Assembly (NCBI RefSeq): GCF_021028975.2
Contig: NC_059437.1
Coordinates: 32,860,001 to 32,924,000 of the forward strand
Direction: 5' to 3'
Source: Sphaerodactylus townsendi
Lineage: Eukaryota
Length of the DNA: 64,000 nt
Position numbers and translations under genes: made by a program
The notes under the pieces: model-generated
Told to the model about the DNA's origin: nothing
What the model saw: the letters and a program-made list of their open reading frames with translations, nothing else
Databases searched by the model: none
Part shown: positions 1 through 44,700 of the stretch, piece after piece
Numbering within the stretch: position 1 is the first letter of the stretch
How the letters are laid out: each line of letters begins with the position of its first letter

Positions 1-126
1 ACTTTTGAGTGAACATGCTTAGGATTGTATTGCCTATGTGGAAACAGTTTTACAGCTCAGACTCAAAGGCTGCTTGGCTGATAAACTTGTTATTCCTTAC
101 AGTGCAAGTCACAAATGGGCACTAAG

Positions 127-141
127 GTGCCACCTAGCGGC
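127..141 (-). promoter_or_regulatory. CTCF-like motif
   Basis: Reverse complement reads GCCGCTAGGTGGCAC, close to the CTCF core consensus. Motif match only. Confidence 0.5.
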
Positions 142-890
142 TACTTATATTAAGCCCTTCAGCAGATATTAGGACTCAAGTTTGCGTGTTTCTTTCTACA
201 AGCCACCACTTTCATGGGCTAAGAAGTCCAGGCTGTGTAGATGTCTTTGGAGCTCCCAGAGCAATCTTGGCTGATCAGAGATATGCCTCGTTTTCAGAAG
301 TGTCTTTAACAAGGACTTCATTATTTTATACTTGGTTAATCCAAATAGGAGGTATTGCATGGCTTTTGTATTGTGATTTTGCAATGGAAACTGCAACATC
401 GAAAAGCAGCAACTGTGTTATCCCAGAGCATGACACAAACACTGCATTCCTGACTCAGTGGAGGTGCCAACAGCTTATACGTTTCATCTTTTACAGATGC
501 TGATTTGATTCACTGTCTCATGTCATCCTGCATTAGATTTAATGTTTATTCTACTCTGTTGTTTTTTGTTGGAAGCATCTCACACCTATTTTAGGTGAAC
601 GAATGCCTCTTTTCATTGGATTTACTTTGATTGGATCTTGCTTCATAGCAGCCTTTCTTTGTAGCATCTCCTCCACCCCTTCTTTTGTGTATTTATCCCA
701 GGCTGATGGATATCAATTTCTAACCATTCGAGGCAGTGAGCTCTGACTCACCAAAACACATGCTGAAATAAATTGTTTATGCAACCAGATTCCTGTGTAA
801 TTTTGTTATGACCAGTTTCTCTAGTTTTGAAATGGTTTAACTTTAAACAAAGACAAGGCATTTCTCGCACACCACAGCAGGAGTCCCCAG

Positions 891-1027
891 CAGTGGTAGG
901 ATTCAAATAATTTAACAACCGGTTCTGAAAGGACTCAGTGGTGGGATTACAACCATTCTCTGAACTAGACAAAAAATTAGCTACCAGTTCTACCGAATAG
1001 GTGCGAATAGGCTGAATCCCACCACTG
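891..1027. mobile_element. hAT-type MITE
   Basis: TIRs CAGTGGTAGGATTCA / TGAATCCCACCACTG with an exact 8-bp TSD GTCCCCAG (883-890, 1028-1035). Confidence 0.85.
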
Positions 1028-1599
1028 GTCCCCAGTCTTTCTGAGCATGCTGCACAAAATTATCACACAAGGTGCTGAGGGCAACCACAAAATGGCTGCT
1101 GCAGGAGGTGGAGCCAACAAAAAATATCAGGGAGCGAGGTAGTGCATATTTCTAATAAAGTCTCTTCAACATTTCAGACAGAATTGATGCAACCATGTGG
1201 GTGAATGCTTCAGATAGGATGCTCTTCAAATGAACACATTGCTTAAAATATTTTCTTGCATACACGCAGCTTACTTTCAGTCATTTTCTGTATAATTTCA
1301 TAAGAACTTTTAATAAGACAAACAAAAACAACAAGTAGAAGTATACACACAAACACTATACTATAAAGGGGGAAAAGGAGGGCTCCTGATTTCTTCTGCA
1401 CTACTAGAACACGGCCCGGAAACCACACAAAACCCCAAATAAACTTCTGTTTAATCCATTTACACAACAGGGACGTCATTTTTGGAGGGTTTTGTGACAA
1501 ACTAAATAAGCAGTGAAAACAAACTCGACACAGCCTTTCTAACAATTGCTTCCTCTCACTTCCCGGACCCTCTTTTTCTCCTCCCTTCGACACCACCGA

Positions 1600-32073
<30,474 letters not shown>

Positions 32074-33795
32074 GCCAGTTTGGGTTTCTCTGCATGAACT
32101 GGAAGAACAACCCATGGATTTACATTTTGCTGTCTGATTGACAATTGGATCATGTCATCTCAGCAAAGCCATCCAGTTCTGGTGATGGAAATTGCCTTGA
32201 TGCAGTACCATTGAAAAGTAACTTTGTGCTGCAATATCTGCCTTGGGTTGAGAAGGGGACTCTTCTGAGCATTGCAAGAGGGCAAGTGATGTGCAATAAA
32301 CTGCATCTGCGCACAAAGAATACTGTCTATACAAAAACCCCTTTGCTTCAAGGAGGTTCTGTGCTTCTCAGGCAGAGGTTTCTGGGATGGGATCTCATTG
32401 GGCGGGTGGCTGCCACTCGCCCAGCCTTACTGCTTGAGTTTGAATGTAGAGATCAAGAAGGCTTCTCATGCACTGGGCATTTGCTTTTATGGGGATCCTA
32501 CTTGCATGCAGCTGCGGACTTTGTTACCAGCTAAGATTTTTTGCCTGCACTCTGTGAAACTTCAATCAACCAGATGTGCTGCTGCTTCTGACCTAGGGTA
32601 CTAGTCTTCCCTTGTTTGTTGTCTCTCCAGTATAAATGCCTTGAGTGCCTTTAATGTAATCCATTGTACTCCAGCATCACCAGCCTCAGGGTGCTTCTCT
32701 TCACTCACTGATACCCTGACATAGGATGGAACTTCGGCTGCTTCATGTCAGTCCTGGCACTATCATGGACTACAAACCATCTCCTACAGAAACCACTTGT
32801 CTGGGCAGCGACTTACCAAATGGAAGTCATTTCAAGTGCATGCCAGAGTCAGTGAGTGCATCTGCAGGAAGATGAGGGTTCGGCATTTTCTTCTCCTCGG
32901 TGGGGGCTTTTGGTCTATCATCTTCCTGCCTCCACTGAGAGGATTGCTTGATAGGCTTGCAACAGACCTCTGACTCGCCTGAAGCTGAGCTGGTGACAGT
33001 GGATGTGCCACTACAATGATTAAGGCTCCATCTGCCCTGCTCCAAGAAAAATGATTGACAGTGGGCCATGTGGGAGAGAGGGTTGTTTGATTCTCAGCAA
33101 ATGAACAGAAGCCTTGAAGGGCTTGGAAAATGGTTTTTATAGTGAGGTACAAGATTTCCAGGGCTGAAAGTTACCACTGTGTGTTTGAAATGAATGTCTT
33201 TGTAAAGTATTTAAAATGTCAGTATGACTTTCTGGGAAGGAGAGCCCGCTATAGCCCATTAAAGGACTGAAATCCCTGGTAAGTACATGTTGTCACTTCA
33301 GAAATATGTGACTCCAGGCTTCTCATCCAAGGAAAGGAGGTAAACATTGGGGCAGAGCTAGATTCCTGGAAGGCAACAGGGCAGGATGGGCTCCAGAAAA
33401 GGGCTGTACTCGAAGCCCAGCGCCTGGCTGGCTACACAGCCCACTTTAGTATGAAGCAATAAGTGTGATAGTTGTGCTTGCGTGGTTGGTTTTAAGTGCC
33501 AAATCTTTTGTGAAGGAGACGGGATGATTAACCTGTCCTATCCCCATCTCAATCTGGGATGCAAAAATGTATCTCATAAATGTGTTTACTGGGTTTATAT
33601 GTTTGGACAGGTTATTGCAATGGCACTTTGTGATAGTTTACCGAATTATCCAGTTGCACTTTCTATTCAACCACAGCTGTATGACATCTGGAAACTCCAC
33701 TCCATACCTTGCTGTTTGGGAGGATTTTGTGTGTGGCTTTGTTTTGTAAACCCCCACCCCAAATTGTAAAATTTCAGTAAAGATTAAAAGCCTAG

Positions 33796-33801
33796 AATAA
33801 A
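33796..33801 (+). terminator. PHKA1 polyadenylation signal
   Basis: AATAAA followed by a GT/T-rich downstream element (ttgtttcgttttgtgtttttt), about 1.7 kb after the stop codon. Confidence 0.7.
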
Positions 33802-34479
33802 ATACCTCTATTTAATCATTGTTTCGTTTTGTGTTTTTTTCATGCACTAACTGGTTATGGCAAAATTAGAACTAAACCTATGAGTGGGCTGAAATGTAGC
33901 ACTGAATTATTAATAAAGAATTATTAATGACAAGTACTTTACTGAAGTGGAAACATGGCTGGTAAATCTCCAGAGTAGCCTTGGGGAGAGTTTTTTCCAG
34001 TTTAAGTATATGAAACTGTTTTAAATAGAGTCAAACCACTGATCCTTCTAACTTAGTCTTCAGGTAGTGGTTTTTGTGGGAGAGCGATCTTTTGGAACTT
34101 TTGCTATTAGAAATCTTTTTGCTAGAGATCAAGTATGATCCTTCTGCAGGTGTTTGCCACACAGCCACAGCCCCTTCATAAATTTGATCTATACTTGAGT
34201 CAGCAGTTACACCCAGGGCCCAATTTGTCTGTGACCATCTTGGTAATCCCAAGCGTAATGAATAGACCCTCTTCAAGACTAGCTACAAAGTTTTGGGACT
34301 GTTTTGGGGAAACTGCTGACAGAAGTGGAAACCCCTATAATTATGCTCTTATTTATGTATTAAATTTGACTTATACCTTACCCTTTCCCTGTAAGACTGG
34401 GATCAAGGTGGCTTCCAGTATGATAGATTATGATGCATTACAACATAAATATAGAATTAAAACATATAATTTAAAACCA

Positions 34480-35150
34480 AAAAGCTCCCTGGTCCTGGTT
34501 GAGGGCAACCAGATGATTTTAGGCCCAGGGACCATCAATAAGTCATTCCCAGAAGAGTGTAATGCTCTTTGGGGGGGTATACCAAGAGGGGCAGTCCAAC
34601 AGATACGATGGTCTCAGGCTGTTGAGGGCTTTAGATGTACCAAAACATTGAATTTGATCCAGTATTCAATCTGGAGCCAGTGCAACTGGCAGAGCACAGG
34701 TTGCATATGTGCTCTTCATAGGGTTCACATAAGGACCCACACTGTTACCCTGGATGCAGTCTCAATATTGGGAAAATTAGCTCAGAGCAGACTGCTTATT
34801 AATAATGCAAGAGGCTGGGTAGGGAATCTTTAATACCAATGTATATAAAGATACCTGTGAATAAGCACTCTGTGAATAAGCACTCTATGCCAGGGCCGTA
34901 TGGTAACAACAACACCGCATTCTGGACCAGTTGCAGTTTCTGAAACAACTTCAAGGGCTGTCCTGCACAGAGTGTCTAACCTAGAAGTGACAGTTGCATA
35001 GATCCCTGGCCAGATTGGCATGAGGCACCTAGGGGAACAGCTGCTAGGCTTGGAGGAGGTGGGAAAAATGCCCTCCTAGCTGTGTGATCTGGGCCTCCAG
35101 TGAAAGGGTGGCATCCAAGATTATACCTAACTCTTGATCAAGGGAGCTGA
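34480..35150 (-). mobile_element. Degenerate L2-like LINE reverse-transcriptase fragment
   Basis: Frameshifted minus-strand peptides LGIILDATLSLEAQITQL and YATVTSRLD match the C-terminal region of L2-clade RT. Confidence 0.7.
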
Positions 35151-35339
35151 AGAGTGAGTTCGAAACACTCTGCCTGTCCTCAGAGGCATTCTGTCTCCCA
35201 CGATTATGTGATATGAAGCCACAGACGTGGGGTGGCATTTAAAAAACAACAACCCAGCACTCGCCACTCAACTGTAGTGAAAGCCTCGGAGGTGATTAAC
35301 AGCCATAAAAACATGGTTCAGTGGCCTCCATTCGAAAAA

Positions 35340-35720
35340 GAAGTTTCTTCCTTTCCTATTGAAACTACATTTCCCAGAATGCCGCGCTAGAGGAAGTCTT
35401 TACCTCTCTAGCGCCCGTCTAGGACTTAGACTTGCGTCGCTAGCCCGGAAACAGCCGACCGGCGGGCTACGGGGGCTCAAATGGCGGAGTCGTCTACCCC
35501 ACCACCGGTCTATGTGTACAGTCCCGAGTACATCGCGCGGTGTGACATTCTCTGCAAAGTCCCACAGCGGGTGCGTGGCCGGAAGTGGGTCGAGAGGCCG
35601 GGGGATAAGCCATGTTTACCTTTGGTCGCGGGGCAAATACTTCGTAGAGTGGAAGGGGTTGGTGCATCAGCCGTAGTTGTTGCTCTGCAGGGAGGGTTCG
35701 CGTTGTCCTTACCGAGTCTC
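35340..35720 (+). promoter_or_regulatory. HDAC8 CpG promoter with ZNF143 (SBS), YY1 and ETS motifs
   Basis: ACTACATTTCCCAGAATGC at 35364-35382 (ZNF143/SBS), CAAATGGCGG overlapping the ATG (YY1-like), CCGGAAGT at 35579. Confidence 0.75.
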
Positions 35721-38700
35721 AGTCTCTGTAAGTTATTAAGGGCTGACTGTTAGCCAAATTTAAGTGGATTCCGCGCAGGGAAAACGAGTTCATTTATAAC
35801 GATTGCAACTCGTTATAAATATGCTGTGCGGAATCACTCTTAGGCCCCTTCCGCACAAGCAGAATAATGCACGTTCAATCCACTTTCAATGCACTTTGAA
35901 GCTGGATTTTAATGTGCGGAATAGCAAAATCCATTTTCAAACAATTGTGAAAGTGGATTGAATGTGTGGAAGGAGCCTAAGTCTTACACACGCCCCAGTA
36001 ATGGTTGTATTGTTTATGTTTTCATCTTTCCTTTTAAAAAGCGGTATGCATGGTTTTCTGTTCCTCCCTGATCCTAACAAATAGTAGGCTGAGAGAGAAT
36101 GGCTGGCTTGAGGTGAGCCACTCACGGGTGCAGGGAGGATTTGAATCTGGTTCTTTCAAAAACTCTAGCCATTGCACCGGCCTCTCTTTCTCCATGCCAG
36201 TGAATAGCACTTATAGAGAAGCATAACAAGGGTGTGACAGGACACCCCCACCTACTTTGAAGATGTTCCAGTGTGTGTAGAGTTCCAAATACATCAGAAA
36301 CTATGTTAAAACATAGACCCTGTCCTGCAAAGCAGGTGCTGTCTCATCTGCTTTGGTGGTTGCGTGGTGTGAGAGGTGACATTCTACTGGTTCAGGTTTT
36401 CCTACTGCTGAACTCGTAGCAAGTTGATGGGATGATGGAAACTGTACCAACTGATTATCTATTGTGAAACTGATAAAGATGTCTTGGAAGGGACCTGGTT
36501 TGGGTACTTATGCTCCTTGTGAAAAGAAATACTACATGGGCAGAAGAATGTGTATAAAAGGTGCTTTTAATTCAGATTTCAGTACAGATTGAAAGAAGTG
36601 TCAAATAGTTTTTGTTGTTTACTATGATTCCTCCCAAAATTACTGGCTAAATGAAGAAACTAATTTCCAGTTGAGCCTGCAAAATATAGATTGGGGGGTC
36701 TGTGCTGTAGTGTTTAAAGCAGGAACAACTTTTCTTTACACTGTGTAGGTCATAGATGGCTTATGTAGCGCCTTGCCCTGCATGTATGGTCTAAAATCTT
36801 TTTGATAGCCAGCAGAGGGGGATGACATTGGCACAGTAGTGCTTGGTGTTATGCATGCACTGAAAGGAGAGTGTGCTGGGCTTAAGATACTATAAGGCCA
36901 ATTTAATTATGTTCAGAATCATTAAGGACTTGGACTGTCTTAGCAAAGCTTAGTCTTACACACAATGTGGTTAGATTGTCAGAGTAGGATCTGGGAGGCC
37001 CACATTCAAATCCTTGCTCTGTCATGGATGCTTGGGGTGGTTATACACTCTCAGCTCAAATTTCTTTGCTAGGTTGTTGTGAAGACAAAATGGAGAAGGT
37101 GACCATATTGTAAGTCATTTTGTGTCCCCACTTGGAAGAAAAGTGGGGTATAAATGAAATGAACATTTCAAAAAGTTTTTAAAAGATACGTTACTCTCTT
37201 TGTACATCTCTTCCCTACAGGCCAGCATGGTGCATTCCTTGATCAAAGCATACTCCCTGCTTGATCACATGAGGTAGGTAAAAACAGCAAAGTTTACTAG
37301 GGGATCTGCTGGATCTGTTTGAAGATTATGAACATTTCTGCCAGTTGCTGTGGGATTTTGGTCTTTCGAGTTTTTTATTTTCTGAATGCTGACATTATGG
37401 ACAGCTCATATAATTTGTGTAATTCATAGTATTCAGTAATATATGGCAAGATTTCCTTTGCTCAGAATTGAATGTTATGTCACCTTAGAGCCAAAAAGCT
37501 TGCCTAGACAGGAGGATGCAAGTAAGCATCCTCTGATCAAATGCTGAGGGGATCCTAATGTCCAACTGGGCATGTGCCCTGTTCTTATGGCCCAGAACCT
37601 TGTTCTAGCCTGCTTTTTTCCATGCTGATCATGATGCAAAGAATAAGCTTTGCCTCCTCTTGGTTTTCCTAGGATAGTCCGGCCCAAGGTGGCTTCCATG
37701 GAAGAGATGGCGAGCTTCCATACGGATGCCTACCTGCAACATTTACAGAAAGTCAGCGAGGAGGGTGATGATGACCATCCAGAATCTGTGGAGTATGGCC
37801 TAGGTGAGGAGCTCATGGCCTAGGTGAGTCCCATGCCAGAAGGCAGGGGAGTGCAACCAAATGGAAAATTTCTGGACAGTCAGTATGCTGGGGACCCACT
37901 AACATCAGGGGCCCCTTCATGCCTTACTACAGCCCTTCACCCATGATCTCTGCAGGTTATGACTGCCCTACCATGGAAGGGATCTTTGATTACGCAGCTG
38001 CCGTGGGAGGAGCCACCATTACAGCAGCCCAGTGTCTGTTGGATGGCAAGTACAAGGTAGCAATCAACTGGCCTGGAGGGTGGCATCACGCCAAGAAGTA
38101 AGGAAGCATCTTTTTGTCTCATCTTTTCTAGCTGAATTATGCCTGGCAGTAGGAGGAGAAATACAGCATTGTGAAATGGAGAGTTGCATTGTTTGTTTGT
38201 TTGTTTATGTGATTTTTTAATTCTGCTCAGAGTGGCTTGCAACAGTGTAAAAACAATACAGTGATAATAATAAAATTATAATAATACACTAAAACATATA
38301 GAGATGGTTCTTAGTCCAACCAAGGATGGAACGGCTCAGAAAGTTCCCAACCCTGTATCCTAAACAAATTCAACACAACAAAACAAGAGAAGGGAAGGGA
38401 AAAAAAGGGAAGCTATGATGGAAACATTCTCATTGCTGTCCTCCTGTAGGCCTAACAGAACAGAGAGGAGTTCAGTAGGGCTCTAGTCTCCTTTGACAGA
38501 GTGTTTCACCAGGCCGGGGCCAGAGCCAAAAAAGCCCTGACTCTACTTGAGGTCAGCTGGACATTCTTTGGGCTGGGGGCCACCAGCAGAGCATAACATT
38601 CTCTGTTGTATGTTTCGGAGTGGGAGAGGAGGTTGGTTGAATGGCACAATGAGCATACAGAGCTCTGAAGAATTGGAGGCTGAAGCCCAGCTTGCTACCG

Positions 38701-41700
38701 ATGTGCCTAAGTCTCCAGGTTATCTGCTTTAAAAACTGAGAATGTCCCATCTTGTCTGGCAGAATGGCAATAATAATAATGCAATAATATAGTTTTCCTG
38801 TATTGCCTCCTTTTTCATAAAGGTTAATCTTTCTTTAAGAAGAGCTGCCTTCTCTCTTCCCACAAATGGATCAGGAGTTCAGTTCATCAGCAGCGCAGAA
38901 ATAATTTGGAAGCTGCTAATAGGTCCACCTCTCAGCAGTGATGTTTTGCTTGCAGGGATGAAGCTTCTGGCTTCTGCTACTTGAACGATGCTGTTCTGGG
39001 CATCCTGCAGCTGCGGCGGAAATTTGACCGGGTCCTCTATGTGGACCTGGATTTGCATCATGGGGATGGTAAGTAGCCTCCTGACACTAGTCTCATTGTT
39101 GCCTTCGTCAGCTCCCATCCCTTTTTGCACTGAAATGAGCTAAATCGGGGTTCTCTTGGCCCAACAGTGGACTTGACGGCTGCCTCCCCTCCACCCCATC
39201 CTCCCAGTTCACTAAGGCGATTTTGGTTCATGTCTGGTTCATGATTTTACTGTTGTCAATGAGTGAAGGGCTCTCCTCTCTTAGCTAGTGGTACGTAAGT
39301 GCAGCAAAGTCAGCGTGCCTATCCAGAACATGCTGTTGGAGTGGGGTGTCTATTGTCCCCCTCTCGATTTAGGTGGCAGTCGAGTTGCAGCTCCAAGGAA
39401 CTTTGTCTCAACTTTGAACAAAGTAAGTTGTTGCCTGGCTGGAACGAGGCCTCATTTATACCCAGTTTCATACTTGCCACTCCTCAAAGTTCTATGGCAT
39501 ATTTCTTTTTGAATACATTTCTCCCCTTGTGATCCCACATTTTTTATTTGGTTTGTGCTGCGGTTGTCTGAGAAGCTCCCCTGTACCTTCCACATTTCAA
39601 CATGTCTTGAAGTTATCTTAATTTGTGTTACTATGGGAATGAACTTTCCCATTCTGGGGGCCGCAGCTGTACAAGGTAGGACCTTCTGATGCCACTCCCT
39701 GCTTTTCAAAGTCAGGACCCATTCAGGCCATGTTTGAGCTGGGCTTCAGATGGGTATGGAGTTGGGTCAACTTCTGCCCCCCATGAATCTCTTTTCCGTT
39801 CTACCTGTACCTCTGAGAATGCCTCTTCTTGGATTGGCCCCTTATATGGTGAGTCCATGCGTAACTGATGCCCATGTTGTATGCAGAATGGTTAGCATCT
39901 CCTTCTGTGTCTGACTTTCTCTTGCCCACTCAGGTGTTGAAGATGCTTTCAGTTTCACTTCCAAAGTCATGACAGTCTCTCTGCACAAATTTTCACCAGG
40001 CTTTTTCCCAGGCAAGTGATCCTTTGTTACACTGAGAACTTCTTCCCTTCATTTCATCCATGATTATCCCTCCATAACCTCCTGTCTCCAAACTCCACTG
40101 CTTTTGGTGAGGGAAATGGGATTTAGAAACTGCAATGTGGTTTGTTGTTTCCATCTTGCAACTTGTAGGTACATATGAAGCTTTTTGATACATGGGAATC
40201 AACAACATGCAAGAGGCAGGCCATTTCTTTAACTGTGTTTTCCTTGGGATTTGCATCAGTCACTTTGGTTTTCTTGGGTAATGTTCCCAGAGTTGAATGT
40301 GTGGCTGCTGGTCCTTGGATTTACGTGCAACAACTTTTGCTCTGCCAAAGCCTCTTCTTGTTTTGCCAAATTAGCTTTATTGTGAAATACAAAGCTGCCT
40401 TAAGCCACTGGCTCACCTGTTCATGTAGGTGAATGCTAGATGTGTTGCACCCACAGTTAGAATGATGCAGCACTGCAAAGAATGACATGGTGTTGGTCTT
40501 GCAGAGCTCTGGAGACTGCATTGCAAGTACTATGGACCAGGGCAGGACACAGGGCACATCATCCCTTGTCCTCCGCTGGCTGGCTCCTCTTGCCCTTGGC
40601 AACCCCTAAGTTTTTTCAGAATGTTTAGATAGAATTTGCGTGAGCCTGATAAATAGGGACCATAAGGCTCTATCAGCCCCTACCAGCATGGCCAATTGGC
40701 CATGCTGACAGAGGCTGATGGGAATTGTAGTTCCTGAACATCTGGAGAGCCGCAGGTTCCCTACCCCTGGCCTAGAGAGACTGTCCCAGGTTCTGGAGGG
40801 TGGTAGGGAGTGAGCTCCAGTCCCAGCCTTTCCTTGCCACTGCGCTTTTGGTGACAGGCAGTGCCCTCAGTTGAGTTAACTCGCCAACTCATTTTGTTCA
40901 AGGCACCTGCAGAGCAAAGGGTGGTGACCGTTTGTATATCTGACATTGCAGAAAGTACCCTACATGCCCTTTCTCTCCCTCACTCCATCTGTCTTGTCTG
41001 AGTCTTTGACATTCTCTTTTTTGTCTTGCACAGGAACAGGAGACGTGACTGATGTGGGCCTGGGGAAAGGGCGCTATTACAGCGTCAACGTGCCCATCCA
41101 GGATGGCGTCCAAGATGAGAGATACTATCAGATCTGTGAAGCGTAAGAGTCAGAGAACCCTACAGCTGGAAGTGACCGTATAGGCTGTCTAGCCCAACGT
41201 CCTTCCCTGCTCATTTCAAGGAATGCAAAATTTGAATGTATTGGAGAGATGCTGTCCACTCTCTGCCTGAAGACTTCCAATAAAGAAGACCCCCCACCGC
41301 TCCGATAATTTGTTCCATTTGTCAAACTATTCTTAGTATTAGGATAGGGGTGTCAAACATGCAGCCCAGGAACAAGCTGGGCTCACCAGGGCAGATTGGC
41401 GGGGGTGGGGGAACAGGTTGCCTCAGCTGGCTTGTGGGCCTGATTAGCCCTCTCAAGGCAGCCATCTACCCTCCTGCAGACTCACCAGTCCAGGCGACGC
41501 ACCAGTGCTGTTCTGGAGCCAGCCAAGGCAGCCACTTCCCCTCTCAGAGCCCGGCCCGACCAAGTAACATCTATGTCATATCCGGCCCTCGTAATAAATG
41601 AGTTTGACATCCCTGCATTAGGAAGTTTCTCCTCTTCTATTCAGCTCTCCTCAGAGGCCATCAACGCAGGGCTTCTCTTCCCTCAAAGTCTTCCCTGGAT

Positions 41701-44700
41701 CGCCAGTTTTTCCTCTTCAGCATTTAATGTATCAACCGCAAACCCCCTATCTTCCCCACCTAATCTTTTGCCTACCTGCCTAACTTGGGGGAATTAGCAT
41801 CTTCTGCATTGCCCAGCATGCTGCTGGTGCTCAGGCTGTGTTCCGCTGCAAGCAGTATCTAGTCGGGAAGTTGAGTGGTTGTCCTTCTAGCCTCACTGTA
41901 CACAAGCAAGATACTTATTGATTATTCAAGTTAAGTCTCTAGGATTGGCCTTGAACACTCCTAGAGTCTTTGTGTATGAGATTTTAAAAGGTTTGCAGCT
42001 TTTATTGCTCCCTAGGGGGCATCTCCTTTGGCTTTCACAGGAGAAATGTAAGGGTTTGTCTTTTCCCAGCTTCCCTCTCACTTGACCTTTTTCTTCTAAA
42101 TTCTTGGCAACAAAAATGCACTTTAGGCTACTTGTTCCTGGGGGAACAACGTTGACCTGAGTTTGTCAGTTTTCAGGGAGAGACAGAGGCCTACATGAGG
42201 CAAATACTTGTGTGCCAGATACTCTAGCATGCAGTAAACCTAGAGTTCCACAACATACTTAAAATGGCGAAAGAACCCAGGGTGCCTGTTTGTTTGTATT
42301 TCAGTGACACACTCTCTTCGTGCCACTTCCAAAGAAGCATGCGAGGTGTTAGCCTGTCTTGTTCCTTGCAGGGTGCTGAAGGAGGTCTATGTGGCATTCA
42401 ACCCTGAAGCTGTGGTCCTGCAATTGGGAGCTGATACGATTGCTGGTGACCCCATGTGCTCATTTAACATGACCCCCGTGGGTGTTGGCCAGTGCTTGAA
42501 ATACGTGCTGCAATGGAAGCTGCCGACCCTCATCCTGGGAGGAGGTGAGTGGGGACAGAGTCTTCCAGGGCATTGTGAGTGATGAAGACACTGGGCACAG
42601 TGCAGTAGCATGTTCTCTGCAGCTGTGTTGTACAGCTCCCAGTCCTTTCAGTGGGACCTGCAGGAGAGAACTTCCTTTTGGATCGTGCCTCTTGTGGTCA
42701 CTTGCCTGGTTTCTGAGTGGGGGTGGTTTCAGGCAATTCTGCCTGAACAGGAGGCTGTCTTCAGAGATCAGCCCCAGGATATGCATGGCAGAGTGCCTTT
42801 CCTACTGTACAGCTAGCTGCTAGGCAGAAAGAAGGACTTTCAGATAAGAGATAAGTTTTTGGAGAGACCTGAGCCCTAAAAATAATTCATGTAGGTTTTT
42901 TTGCCATTAAACCATTAGCTAATGTTGTTTAAATGTCAGAACCAAGTTCTTGGGATCCCTGAGAACTACTAAATTACAGACCTTATTCTCTATTTGGTAG
43001 CTGTATGGCAGTCTCAGCCATTCTTTTTTGGTTGCCAAAGTGCTATCAAGTTCATTGCAATCATTGTGACTTCTTGGTACCTTTAGCGAACTTGCAAAAT
43101 CCAGGTGATACAAGTACAGTTGCTAGGCCTGCGTTTCTGGAACTGAAAATGAAAAACCTTATTTCCGTGGAGCGCAAATGCAAAGGAATGTTTCTGCTTA
43201 CCACGCATTCCCATCATGACTGCCTGTCTTTTCTTCTTCCTGAACTGACATTCCATTCTGGATACAGGAGGATACCATCTGGCTAACACAGCTCGCTGCT
43301 GGACATATTTGACTGCGGTCATTCTTGGGAGAACGTTATCCTCCGAGATCCCAGATCATGAGGTGAGGCTCTGATGTGCCTTCTCTTCCTCTGTTCACAA
43401 CAGCAGAGTCATTTCAGGTCCTGACCATTTAAGGCAGTCTTGTTGAAAAGCAATCTGATAACAATGGCACACTGTCTCAGCAGAAGCCGGCTGGCTGGTT
43501 CTTAAAAAAACAACAATCTTAGATAATCTGCGTCTTTTCCCACGAGTTCTCAAAAGCCAGTCAGGTTCCCTGGGCTTCCCTGTTTTCATTAAAAACTTTT
43601 TAGTATTAAAGACAAAAAACCAAATAAAAAACCCTGCCTTGATTTAGATCTGGGTCTTTGGGGGTAACTTAGAGATTGAGGGCATAAGTAGATATGACAT
43701 TGGGAGAGCTGTGAATAGATGTTGTGCAAGTTTTCAAATACTAAATAGTAGCAGGATCTGGACCCTAAATATGAACAGGAGAGAGGCTAATATCTAGTTT
43801 TCCTGCTATCAGTTGGCTCTCCAGAAGTGCTCTTCCCCTGAGTCAAATTTACAGGTTCTACACAGCTTGCCCACTGTCCCATTTACATCCTGCTTACTAG
43901 GATATTGGTATGCACTGAACATTGAACTGTCTGAGATAAATATGCTCAGGATACAATTCTGCATTTTCAGCTCAAACCTTTGCTCAGCTCAAACCTTTAG
44001 GGTAGGAAGGTGCAAAATATATTGTCAAGTCAAATTCTGTGAAATGCGAAAGCACCTAGAAGACCTAAATAAACTTTCAATCTTGCACCTTGCTCTCCTT
44101 TGTCTTTTCCTGCACATTGGTCTGGTTTTATTTTCTCATATTCAGATTCTGCTGAAATTCTGGGATGGTGTTCATATATTCATGGCACAGTGTTCCCTAT
44201 CGAGTTCTGACAGCAGCTTGACTTCTGCACCCATTTTCAAAGAGGGTGGGGGGTGGAAAGCTGTAAATAAAAAGTACTCATATACAATGCCCACAGGTGT
44301 CTCAGTTGTGCTTACCTAGCTGAGAAGTCTGAATTGGCAAACTTTTACTGAAAACACCCATTCAGGGGTCTGCAACCTGCGGCTCTCCAGATGTTCATGG
44401 ACTACAATTCCCATCAATTCCCATTGGCCATGGTGGCAGGGGCTGATGGGAATTGTAGTCCATGAACATCTGGAGAGCCGCAGGTTGCAGACCCTCAGTC
44501 AACCAGAGGTGCAAACAGGCTTACCCATGAGAAGGAGGCCAAGGGATCAAGGGCAGGGAGAAGAATACAGGGAGCATAAGGATTGGCTGCCCTCCCCCCA
44601 CATGGGGAGGTAAGCGGCCTTTTTGCCTTGACCAGCAGGGATGCAGCTGGGTTGGGGGAGGCAGGCAGACTGCTCAATTTCATTTGCTTTCCCCCAAGAT

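Noticed and set aside
34135-34833. 232-aa + strand ORF between PHKA1 and HDAC8
   Set aside because: Largely the antisense of a degenerate L2-like LINE.
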